Positions 52,910 to 64,000 of a stretch of 64,000 bases of DNA are shown one piece after another. The stretch is from Haliotis cracherodii (Eukaryota): positions 51,770,001-51,834,000 of the forward strand of contig NW_027266308.1 in the NCBI RefSeq assembly GCF_022045235.1. Reading direction: 5' to 3'. The notes beneath the pieces are model-generated. The model searched no databases, had not been told where the DNA came from, and was given only the letters and a program-made list of their open reading frames with translations. The translations under genes and the position numbers were made by a program. Position 1 is the stretch's first letter. Each line of letters opens with the position of its first letter.

Positions 52910-54056
52910 ATATCCTATTCTGATCCTATTTTTTTGTCTCGTCTTCCTTTGACATATACTTTTAACTGGTTTGAACCTCAGCCGTTAAGAGATGGTACTT
53001 GTTACCCTGTCTGGCGCTTTGCATTGAGGGATAAAACAAGGACTGGTTGGCTCTGAGTCAGTATACTGTGTCTGAGTCGAGTTTTCATGTTAAACTGCGG
53101 CATGGTATGTCAGTGGGCTAGTACTATAAAATCGGCATTAGTCCAGACTAGTACAAGCAGCCACACAAACACACACACACACGTGCATGCACGTCGCAAT
53201 GTGAGTGCAATAATCTTTGACATTAAACCCCATTTCACAACACCTCACAGGTACTTGATGAAATATGTAAGGGGAATAACTCTTGCTGGACAAATGAATG
53301 GTCATAAAACATTCACAAAGGCATCAGTTGTATGTTTAGTTTTGTCTCCCAGTTTGAGGGAGTTTGGTTTTAACACTGCTTGGAACAATATTTAAGTTTA
53401 ATCACAGCCTGTCAGTTTGTGTGATGGTGTATAAGAGATGCCGGTCAAATTCTGCCGAGAGAATTGTGGCATATTTGACAAGAGCCACCCATGTCCCCTC
53501 TCCCAGCATGAGTGTCGGCTATCTTTACTCCTGACCATACAGTGGGATGCCGATCTGGAAATCGTTTAACCCCACCAAAATACAAAAACGCAAAAACGGA
53601 ATCAGATAAATGATTTTATTTGAAGCAGTATAAACATGTAGACAGATTACACAATATCAATTTAAAAAAAAAAAAAAGATGTGTAAAAGCAATCACTGGA
53701 CAAATCGGTTAAAATCATCACATAACATATAGAAAACAAAGTTTTCTGGTGAGATTTCACATTTAAAACAAGCTGAGCGGATAGCAGCAATATCTGGAGC
53801 AAGGGTGTCACTGGAGTGCATGTATCTTCAGCCTGATCAGCTCTGTAGCGAATAGTGGACAGCAAAAGAGAATATATACATGACAGGGGAGGGAGTGCAT
53901 ATTATTCAATATTTGCTTTCCTCATGTTCCTGTGGCTGTTTGGGACAAGGAAGTCCAACAGATGAATATCAACCAATCTGGGGTACATATCATTTCAAGA
54001 GTGATACAAGACAAGTATACCTGAATACAAGTAATTCTGTTTAATCTCCAGCAGTC

Positions 54057-54382
54057 GTAAATTGGACATATAAACAAAAAGTGTAATTCATTTTCAATAT
54101 GGTTTTCGCAGAATGGACAAAAACGCATATCCTTAGGAATAGAGGAGAAGCGACCCCTGTTGCACATCAGATCATTTAACCCTAGCCTAAGTTTAATAAA
54201 TGTGTCTCTAATTTTTCTCTCTGTTATAGTATGCAGGTAAACCTCTGGTGTTAGACAATATTTAAAGGTTTTATAAATGTCGTAGCGTGTACTGTTATCT
54301 AGTGACGACCTCCAATTTTGAGTAAACATATCAATTGCTACCTGCTTAAAAGAGCTAAGAAAATACATTTTGTCTCCAACGC
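54057..54382 (-). mobile_element. Non-LTR retrotransposon (L2/Crack/Daphne-like) ORF2 C-terminal fragment at the duplication junction
   Basis: Translates ...WRSSLDNSTRYDIYKTFKYCLTPEVYL...FIKLRLG...RFCPFCENHIENELHFLFICPIY, the CCHC-type C-terminal motif of L2/CR1-group ORF2. Has no counterpart in copy 2. Confidence 0.85.
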
Positions 54383-55036
54383 TCAATTGCTCCCATCTGT
54401 TTGGCAGTTGGGTAACCTAATGGTTAAAGCCCTTGCTTGCCATGTCGAAGGCCTCTGTTCATTACCCAACATGTGTACACCGTGAGGCCTATTTCTGGTG
54501 TCCACCGTGTATTGCAGGAATATTGTTAAGCTGTGTAAAACCTAACTCTTGCACTGAATTACCCCATGTCAGTTTGAAAGAGGGAAAACCTGTAAGCTAC
54601 TACTTAACAAACATGTGTTAGTTAATATAAGATAGCTACGCGATAAGTTGCAAAGAACAATGAAGAACGAAGCGTGGTTTATTTCACGATAAAACATTGT
54701 TCGATCATGACATCATTTCTGGAGATTCGAACATGATCGACGTCATATGTTTGACATCGTTATTTTTGAGGGGAGAGTGTCTAGTGAGTTGTTCCCCATA
54801 GATGTAGCTGGGCAACACAAATGAATGGGATGGACGAACGATCGCATCCCAAACCAGGAGAGATATGACAATCGGTATTGGGAGAAAAGATACAGGAAAG
54901 TGAGGATTGTGAGAATATGCGGGAAATACCCACCTGTGCATGAAATGGACTTGTCCAACATTGCCGATGTTGGATTCTATTGAGGGAGTCATCATTAATT
55001 AAATATGGGTACTCATGGTTTATTCTCCCTGCAGTG

Positions 55037-55202
55037 GGGGCGGTTGGGTAGCCTAGTGGTTAAAGCGTTCGCTCGTCACGCCGAAGACCCGGGTTCGATT
55101 CCCGACATGGGTACAATGTGTGAAGCCCATTTCTGGTGTCCCCCGCCGTGATATTGCTGGAATATTGCTAAAAGCGGCGTAAAATCAAACTCACTCACTC
55201 AC
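55037..55202 (+). mobile_element. SINE family A, present only in duplication copy 2
   Basis: 13-bp TSD tctccctgcagtg. Empty site near 48612 in copy 1. Confidence 0.92.
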
Positions 55203-55282
55203 TCTCCCTGCAGTGTTTTATTGTACGATAAACAACTCCCACTCGTCTTTTATTTCTTAAATACACAGGATATTGTTTACAG

Positions 55283-57496
55283 GTAACAAGGATTGGACAC
55301 GAGTCCACCAGAAGGAGTTCGACAGATTTGACTCTATTGATGTGTACTTAGAGAAGAAGAGACAGAGAACAAAGTCTATCACAAAGTCTGTTACCAAGGT
55401 CAACCAGATTCTGGAGGAGTCCAAGAAGACCATCAACAGTCTGAGAAACCAGAAGACTCCAAACAATGAAAACAGGGTGAGCAAGCGCAGGGAAGATGAC
55501 AGCTTTTCTCAAACATTTATTTTCAAGTTAACAGAGTCTTTCTGCAGCACCTTCAGAAACATGATCACTGGTTGAGGGATTGGGTAGAAATGATTTCCTC
55601 AAACATTGGAGCCAAACTTTCTACATGGCCAGCATTAACCAGCCATTGGATATTTCAGTATTACAGTCACATGGAACCAGTGATCAGTGATGAAAGTTGG
55701 AACTTCTAATTATGTAAAAAGATTTTCTTGTAGTGTAGGGTTATTTGTTTGTCTGTTTTCAGTTGAAGCCCAAACCAAAGACAGATGCCAAGACCAATCT
55801 GTTCAAGTCCCCATCGGGACCTACTCCTTTCAAGCCGACTGTGTTTAAGACCAAAAACATTAATACCAATTTTGGTGCCAAGACACCAAACTCCAACCCA
55901 GGAGCTAAGACTCCAGTCACACAGGGGGCTGGCAAGAAGACGACACCTAAAGCAGGAGGCACGGTTGAGAGGAAGCCTGAGAGAAAGTCACTGGGAGTCG
56001 TGTCCACCAAGAAGACAACTGGAGGTGAGATAGATTTAGATATATACAAGATACAACAGGATATCTGCCCAGTCAGACTCAGAATGAATTAAAGAGACAT
56101 CTTTTTAAGATCTGACAATCTATAGGACTGCTCCATTCCAGTCCAGGTCTATGCTATGTGTGAAACTTGGACATTGTCTCAGTGTAATTCAGTAACACTA
56201 ACTGTTTAAAGTGGGGATGGGTGGCCCAGTGGTCCAGGGAGTCGCAGCTCTGTTGCACCCATTTCAGTGTTCCTTGGTCATGGGTTTGAATCCATGATTC
56301 ACTATGATTCTATTCCTTGGTTGATGGTTCAATAACAGTGCAAGTCTACAATCTGCATCACAAATAAGATGATATTTAATCAAACTTTCACAACTTATCC
56401 CCAAATATATTAGAAGAGCCAAGGTGCAAGTCAGTGTCCGATCCAGAACAGGTTCTATTCCCAAGGATGGCTACAAGACATTGTTTAGGCCTCTCCTTCA
56501 TCTCACCTGCTGTGATCCTGCTGATACAAGATGCCCAAACACCTTCTTTCTCATTCTTAAATCACTACATTTTGTCTTCAGTCACTCCTTTCAAGTTCAC
56601 TGGTTCTCTGAACACCACCATGCCTGATGGCAAGTCGTCCAAGAAGGCCAGCTTTGATTTGAAAGCCAGTCTAGCCAGGCCCGTGACATGGAGGGCCCAC
56701 AAGGGCAAGCTGAAGCCAGTAGGGGATACTTCCTACGCCGGACAACTCAATTCAGGGATGAAAGCTCCAAAAGTTGCCTCTAGGTTGGTACATCAGGCAG
56801 TGATATTGGCAACACAAGATGGAGGTGAAACAGGATACCCTGTGACACCCTTGTTACATTGTATGTAATTAGTCTATATACAGGGAGGTGTCAAGTGTGT
56901 GTGCCAAGTGTAGCATTGTATGTAAAGAGTGAGGGAATGAGTTGGTTTTTAACCTCTGTTTTCTTTTATTATTATTTTTCAATTTGTTTTAATTCTTTTA
57001 CAATGGCATTTTGAAACATGCTGGTTGGATAAATTTGATGTAGCAGTATCATGAGGAGTATATGTAGTTTTTATGTGTCCCTTGTTAGGCTATATACGAG
57101 CCAGAGAGGCTAAATCCTACGTTAGGCTATATACAAGCCAGAGAGGCTCATATCCTTCGTTAGGCTATATACGAGCCAGAGAGGCTCATAGGCTATATAC
57201 GAGCCAGCGAGGCTCATGTCCCTCGTAAGGCTATATACGAGCCAGAGAGGCTCATAGGCTATATACGAGCCGGAGAGTCTCATGATACTGCTTCAACTTA
57301 TAGTGTTTGAATTTGTTTTTCTTATATAATCTAATGTATGTGTTAGAGATATTTAGAATGTTTAGCTTTATTCCATAAGTAACAAATTGTAACCTCTATC
57401 TCTTCTGCTAGAGACGACAGACGAGCAGCCATGGCACAACACAGAGCCAACAAGAAGTTCAGTAGCCAGATGCATAGACGGGGAATCAACACCTAA
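55283..57496 (+). CDS. NUSAP1: Duplicated NuSAP exons 7'-10' (55283-55476, 55763-56024, 56582-56783, 57412-57496), intact but without their own promoter or start exon
   Basis: Same lengths, phases and splice dinucleotides as exons 7-10. By manual comparison about 7 synonymous and 3 nonsynonymous differences (R>K, G>A, T>A). Confidence 0.7.
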
Positions 57497-60199
57497 GTAC
57501 AGGATCTCAACTCATCCATCACGAACATCAAGTCACCATACAATGTCAGCTGGCTGGTCAGAGGGCAACTTGAGCGGTTTCCCTCACAAGTGCTAACATA
57601 GATCATCTTCTGTCTGTCACAAGCACATCCTCTCGAGCTCTTCATCATCACATCTATGTCAGGCATCCATATCGTACATATATACTACTCAAGGGAAGTT
57701 AAGAACCCCCCATGTTTTCATATGACTATAGTTAATCTGCCATGACTGATTAACTTTAGTCATATGAAAAAAGTGGGTGTTCTTAACTTCTTTTGTGTGG
57801 TAGACATTCACCTTCATACTCTCATAACAGCCTAACATGTCTTAACATTCATTCAACATACATTATCTCTGTACACCCAGTCATACATCTCTATGTATAT
57901 ACTTAGCCTCTGCATACAGGACACTCTGTGACATAACTATCTTATCACATCATATTCAGCTCCATTCCTATCTATATCTGAATCTGTAGATCAGAAGCAT
58001 GGTGTAATATAGGCATGTATTCGCTGCCTTGTATATAGGCACTTTCATGTTTTAGTCCTCGATATTGTCTCAAGTGTGACTGCTGTGACGGAAGCATTTT
58101 CTACATCTTATGCAGCATGACAATTGACATCTTCTGGCAGACTAGTTCTTGCCATATACAGGTCTTTTCTCTGTGCCTCACTACATTATACAGTCAAACA
58201 CTGTTGTGTTGAAGTTATCCGAGGTTCGACACACTCAAAAGATTACGAATGAAGAAGGAATATGCAGGGACCAAGCTTTTACCTCGAGACAGCCGAAAGT
58301 TCGACACAACAGTGTTTGACTACTACTCAAAAACATTTAGGACCACCTGATTCTTTCAAATATACTTCTTCAAAGTATTTGTGTTCTGTCAAACATGTCC
58401 ATAACTTTTTCGTTAATCTTTGGTGCAAGTCTGTTTGTGATAAGTCATTGTCATTATTTCAAAGACAGAACTGCTCTGGTTCGGTTTAAACCGGAAGAGG
58501 TTCACAGTTCTCCTCCCAAGAACCCCAGGCTCCTCGACAGGCATGGCCAGGGTCTGCTAGTCTGAAATCGGTGGGAAATTGTAAGGATATGTAGTTAGCA
58601 TACTGAAGCTAATGAAATGAATTGCTGAATTATGTTAAATATTTCTTCCCTGACACATATTATTCTACTTCATTGTGCAATAGTTTCTTTTGTTATACAT
58701 GTAGTGAACGTTTTTCTAAAAGCCATCATACAGAAAGAAGACACTGTTGGAATTCAACACTTCACATCTATTCATCCTAAGTAAAGTAATGTAATGAAAG
58801 AAGTAAAGTAATGTGTACATCATTTGTAGCTAATGTCAAGTCTTAGTATCTTCAGATTTTGGCCCCTACTGCTACTATATATTATCAACAACTCCAAATA
58901 TGTTTTTACCCATCTCATCATTCCAAAAAACTGATTGCTGACTTTAAGACAAAGTACTTGCTTGGACACTTTATAGAGCGCCCAGAGCGCCCAGCTCACT
59001 TCACAGGATGCATAGGATAACCACCTTTCAAGAATTATATTTGGGTGAAACAAGTGAAAAGAAACCTATCTACAAAATTCGACAATTGATGCCCATTTGT
59101 GTTTATACTCAAAAGAAGTTAAGGACCACCCTATTCTTTCATATTAGTATTGTTACTCATTCATACTACAACAGATAGTAATATGAAAAGGGTCCTTAAC
59201 TTCTTTCTAGCATATTATGTCAGGATATGAATACCGGGGAAACATAGGTGGAAACAATCATTCTTGAAGTGGAGGTGAAACATTCACTCCATCCAGTTCA
59301 ATGTTGTTAAGCTTTACATTTATGTAAGTTTTCGAAAGATACTGACATCATTTTAACTAATTGCTTTAAAAAGAAAGAAAAAAACATCTTGACCTCAACT
59401 ACTGTTTATTATGTATGTTTTGTACATGCCAAAATTTGTTGCAGACTTAATGTCATTGTTTGTTGAGATTTTATGTGTAGTAATGTAATAGTTTGTCATT
59501 CCAGAAACTTTTAAAACGGAAACATTTTAAGTTCTGGGAGGAAATAAAATATCCTATTCTGATCCTATTTTTTTGTCTCGTCTTCCTTTGACATATACTT
59601 TTAACTGGTTTGACCCTCAACCGTTAAGAGATGGTACTTGTTACCCTATCTGGCGCTTTGCATTGAGGGATAAAACAAGGACTGGTTGGCTCAGAGTCAG
59701 TATACTGTGTCTGAGTCGGGTGTTCATGTTAAACTGCGGCATGGTATGTCAGTGGGCTAGTACTATAAAATCGGCATTAGTCCAGACTAGTACAAGCAGC
59801 CACACACACACACACATGCATGCACGTCGCTATGTGAGTGCAATAATCTTGGACATGACAATAACCCCCATTTCACACCTCACAGGTTATTGATGAAATA
59901 TGTAAGGGGAATAACTCTTGCTGGACAAATGAATGGTCATAAGACATTCACAAAGGCATCAGTTGTACGTTTAGTTTTGTCTCCCAGTTTGAGGGAGTTT
60001 GGTTTTAACACTGCTTGGAACAATATTTAAGTTTAATCACAGCCTGTCAGTTTGTGTGATGGTGTATAAGAGATGCAAGTCAAATTCTGCCGAGAGAATT
60101 GTGGCATATTTGACAAGAGCCACCCATGTCCCCTCTCCCAACATGAGTGTCGGCCATCTTTACTCCTGACCATACAGTGGTATGCTGATCTGGAAATCG

Positions 60200-60256
60200 G
60201 TTAACCCCACCAAAATACAAAAACGCAAAAACGGAATCAGATAAATGATTTTATTT
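60200..60256 (-). terminator. Probable polyA signal and GU-rich element of the minus-strand microprotein gene (copy near 53575-53621)
   Basis: Minus strand reads caAATAAAatcatttatctgattccGTTTTTGCGTTTTTGTATTTTGG. Confidence 0.5.
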
Positions 60257-60705
60257 GAAGCAGTATAAACATGTAGACAGATTACACAATATCAATTTTT
60301 AAAAAAAAAGATGTGTAAAAGCAATCACTGGACAAATCGGTTAAAATCATCACATAACATACAGAAAACAAACAAGAGTTTTCTGGTGAGATTTCACATT
60401 TAAAACAAGCTGAGCGGATAGCAGCAATATCTGGAGCAAGGGTGTCACTGGAGTGCAAGTATCTTCAGCCTGATCAACTCTGTAGCGAATAGTGGACAGC
60501 TAAAGAGAATATATACATGACAGGGGAGGGAGTGCATATTATTCAATATTTGCTTTCCTGTGGCTGTTTGGGACAAGGAAGTCCAACAGATGAATATCAA
60601 CCAATCTGGGGTATATATCATTTCAAGAGTGATACAAGACAAGTATACCTGAATACAAGTAATTCTGTTTTATCTCCAGCAGTCTGTATAACAGTTGAAC
60701 TCAAA

Positions 60706-60970
60706 TGTTTTGTTTGTTGTTTAATGCTGTATTCAGCAATATTCAAGCGACATGATGGTGGTCTGTAAATAATTGAGTCTGGACCAGACAATCCAGTGAC
60801 TGACATCACAAGCATTGATCCAAACAATTGGGATATGATGACATGCATCAACCAAGTCAGCGAGCCTGACCACCCGATCCCATTAGTCGCCTCTTACGAC
60901 AAGCTTAGTCGCCTTTTACGGCAAGCATGGGTTGCTGAAGACCTATTCTCTACCTGAATCTTCACTGGTC
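60706..60970 (-). mobile_element. Retroposon family B (about 265 bp, no tRNA head), full length
   Basis: TSD tgaactcaaa. Contains gcttgtcgtaagaggcgactaa and a 3' gaatattgctga...aaacaacaaac tail. Confidence 0.85.
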
Positions 60971-61229
60971 TGAACTCAAACGATTACCCCCCGGATCAAT
61001 ATTAAAAAAACCCAGCAAGCCACAAAGAACAAGACATGCTTGAGTAAGTGCAGCATATAGAAAGGTAGTGCATTGTCACTGAGCAATCAACACTACAAGA
61101 CATCATCCTTCACAATCAGATTTACGTCTGTCAACACGTTGAAGAGCTAGACAAGAATGCCCAATACCAGGTGAGGAAATACACTTCAACTTGAGTATGA
61201 AGGGTGTACACATACAGATTGGTATTTTC

Positions 61230-61382
61230 AGGGGAGGGGGGGTATGTTTTTACGCCGCTTTTAGCAATATTCTAGCAACATCACATCGGGGGACACCAGA
61301 AATGGGCTTCACATGCGGGGAATAGAACCCAGGTTTGTGTGACAAGCGGAGGCTTAAACCACAAGGACACCCCATCACCCCT
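61230..61382 (-). mobile_element. SINE family A, diverged
   Basis: Core match to family A. Confidence 0.7.
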
Positions 61383-63173
61383 TTTCAGTGGAAATGAACC
61401 AAGCTGATAACAAACATATTTGGCACCCTGAAATTTGAATAAAAACAATTTAGATGTTGAATGTAAACAGTATCTTGAAATTAGCTCTTTACACGTTTAT
61501 GTAAATTCCACATCCCAATTTGTTGAAAGGTTCTAGATATCTTCATCTAAATGCACATTGAGCAACTAACCAGAACACATAAAGCAGTGAAATATATCAA
61601 CCGGCATTACATTACAGTTGAAAACAAAATACACTGGAGTCAATAAATGATGTCAAATGTACAATCACACATGATCACCAATTATGTCGGGGTAACATAC
61701 TTTTATCTAAACTACAGCAATCGAAATGTGTAAAACTACTTCAGTAGGCAATTTAAAATACATGCTTGTGTAAAAGTATGAGTGGTGGAATGGGTCACAA
61801 TTGCAATGATCCTCGACTCACGACATGTCATGATACAGTGCCAACAAACAGTCATCCAGCAGATTGTTCCTCATTGCAGCTGTCAATTCATAAATTCATC
61901 AGCTCAGCTTTATCTAACATGCTGTTTCATTGGATAACAGACTACATCATGCTGTTCAAATAGCCAATCATAAATAGGCCAGCAATTTCATGGCAAAACT
62001 TTGACCACTTCAAAGGGAGTCTCTAAAGTGGGTTTAAGATTTGTGATGTATAATTTTTTGTTCCCAGCGTATACGGATCATATTGTGAGCCGGGACATAT
62101 GCATACATACTAAACAATGGTCTTCACTAATGTTGCACCCCTAAGTACTATAATCACATTAGCAATGCACATGCTTTACACTAACAATAAACATCAACTA
62201 CTAGTTTTATGCAACAATGGCTGAGGTAAAGTGTTTCCATCGAATCGAGGAAACATATTTAAGATTTGAAAGACTTGTTAATTATTGAAATAGATCTGTA
62301 ACAATGAATCAGTAACATACCGGCAGCATACTTAGCACCATTAATATCAAAACTAGTACAAGTTATTAAATGCATAAATGTTTGGCTAAAACAATCCTTA
62401 TTCATTTTAAAAGGCACAGATATATAAAAATATTGCAAACAGGCTCATATTTGCATAAAGAAAATACACTGTACATAATAACAGCTGTTCAATCTAAGAA
62501 AAGCTACTGATTATTAGTGATTAATCAAGCTGTGCCTGACTACATGATAGTGTATAACACTTAATATCAATTACTTATGGATGACAGAACGTAATGAATC
62601 ACCCTGATTGGATAAAAGCCGAAAATGCTCTATCCCAAAAAATGACCTAATGTAAAAATTTTAATATTTATCTGTTTTTTACAGGCATCATCATAACGAC
62701 ATAGGAAGACATATCAGAATATAAGACATACTTAATTCCCAATAATCTCCTTCCATGGATTCAAACTTGAAAGAGTTAAAATTTCTTAATAAAATATAAT
62801 ATAAACATTAGATAACAGTCCAATCCCTCAGAATCCTGAAATCAGCCCACTACACTACCGCTCTACTTGCAGGACATGCATATATAACCAACAGGAGCTA
62901 CAACAGTAACAGCGATCCATATGGGTACACTGGACCTTTGACTACACTGATAACTAATATTCACTAAGGCTGTAGTTGGGTGGTCCCTCCGGTCAAATTG
63001 CAATTCCTTCCTTCATCGCTTCAACATGCTAATGATGATGTCATTGGTGATTGGAGTGGTCAATGGTGTTGGGTGTTGTGTTTGTAGCTGTCTTGCTTGG
63101 TTGAAGAAAGTCATTTGACTACCGACGTGAGCATCCTTCTACGAATTGCCACATTATGCCCTGGTGATCCAGC

Positions 63174-63392
63174 TCAACACATGGACTTCCCACTGACCAT
63201 GTTCTGTGCGCATGTGAGGGGCAGTTTAACACCCCTCTCTAATAAATTTATAAGTTCTACACATCCAGAACAGCAGGCTGCACAGGGACTAAGCAGAACG
63301 TAGAAGACGGCACAGAAGAATCCGATTGGCCAACCAAAGACGATCAGGATAATGAACCAGATGAAACTCCACAGCCACCCACAATTAGCCAT
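63174..63392 (-). CDS. Small (72 aa) Cys-rich membrane protein, uncharacterised
   Basis: aagATGg Kozak context, preceded by a splice acceptor (ttacag, exon from 63416). Long hydrophobic segment WLWSFIWFIILIVFGWPIGFFCAVFYVLLSP, then CAACCSGC, ending in MC*. Coding-like composition. Confidence 0.75.
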   Translation of the reverse strand: MANCGWLWSFIWFIILIVFGWPIGFFCAVFYVLLSPCAACCSGCVELINLLERGVKLPLTCAQNMVSGKSMC

Positions 63393-64000
63393 CTTTGATC
63401 AAGGGAGGTAATTCACCTGTAAGTACAGAAAAGGTATCATCAATTCATTTTACGCACTTCTGCGAAACATTTAAAATTTATTTCTGATATTTACCAGTGT
63501 TTACTGAATCAAATGAAAGTAGACTATATTCAGGAAAGCTAGCGGGGCAGACGAGCAGACGACACACTAAGGGACACAACTCCACCTTTTTACCACCCGG
63601 GCTGATATTAATCATCCATTCAAAATGCAATGAAAAGCCATATCAGCCTGGCAGAGAGTATAATACAAGTCTGGTTATTACACCCCCTGTGATATGACTG
63701 TCTCTATACTGGCTCTGTAGCACATACAAAATGCTTCATGTCATTGATAGGTATATGATAACATATCTTATACACCCAATGGAAGCTGATGCTCTTCTAC
63801 TGCTAGCAATATTTGTCCTTTTAAAGTGATCCTCTAGTGGTGTCATCCCATTATCCTACTTATATCTTTGAAAAACCTCTAGTGATGTCATCCTTTTGTT
63901 CTAAGCAGGGATGTTCTACAGAATATCCCTCTGTCCCAGGGATATCCTCCATAAAGTCCCACTAACCTATGGATATTCTATCGCAAGTCCTTGTACCAAA

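Larger units (their letters stand above)
47972..54056 (+). repeat. Tandem segmental duplication, copy 1 (about 6.1 kb)
   Basis: Aligns end to end with 54383-60684 (starts tcaattgctcccatctg, ends atctccagcagtc). Confidence 0.95.
54383..60684 (+). repeat. Tandem segmental duplication, copy 2 (about 6.3 kb)
   Basis: Near-identical to 47972-54056, with private indels and one extra SINE. Confidence 0.95.

Noticed and set aside
63100-63180. Cys-TGA at the end of the 72-aa ORF as a possible selenocysteine or readthrough site
   Set aside because: No convincing SECIS (AUGA...AA...GA with a paired helix) was found by eye downstream, and the extension looks non-conserved. A SECISearch run would settle it.

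Overview
AT-rich, repeat-dense eukaryotic genomic DNA, most likely a gastropod mollusc (abalone-like, inferred from the SINE complement). It is not prokaryotic, and most ORFs in the track are spurious. Three spliced genes can be reconstructed by hand. (1) Minus strand: five 5' coding exons (36726 to 305, continuing off the left edge) of an extended-synaptotagmin/tricalbin-like protein with an N-terminal membrane anchor and an SMP domain; introns 1 and 2 are about 13 and 19 kb. (2) Plus strand, head-to-head with it: a 10-exon NUSAP1 orthologue (38610-50847, about 536 aa). Its last four exons, 3'UTR and polyA site are tandemly duplicated (47972-54056 and 54383-60684), with a 326-bp LINE ORF2 fragment at the junction. 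(3) Minus strand: a 72-aa Cys-rich membrane microprotein (63392-63174). Introns and intergenic DNA hold at least four SINE-like families, many MITEs (Tc1/pogo/Tc2, hAT, MULE, Harbinger-like), a decayed Academ transposon, a Helentron-like element and several minisatellites. The most notable non-coding signals are (a) a perfect 99-bp-arm palindrome (31796-32002) carrying a Penelope-type minimal hammerhead ribozyme on each strand, and (b) a retroposon family with no tRNA head whose fixed 5' end folds into a predicted pseudoknot, amplified into two tandem arrays, which is a candidate uncharacterised 5'-processing RNA or ribozyme. All coordinates were read manually and no database searches were run.
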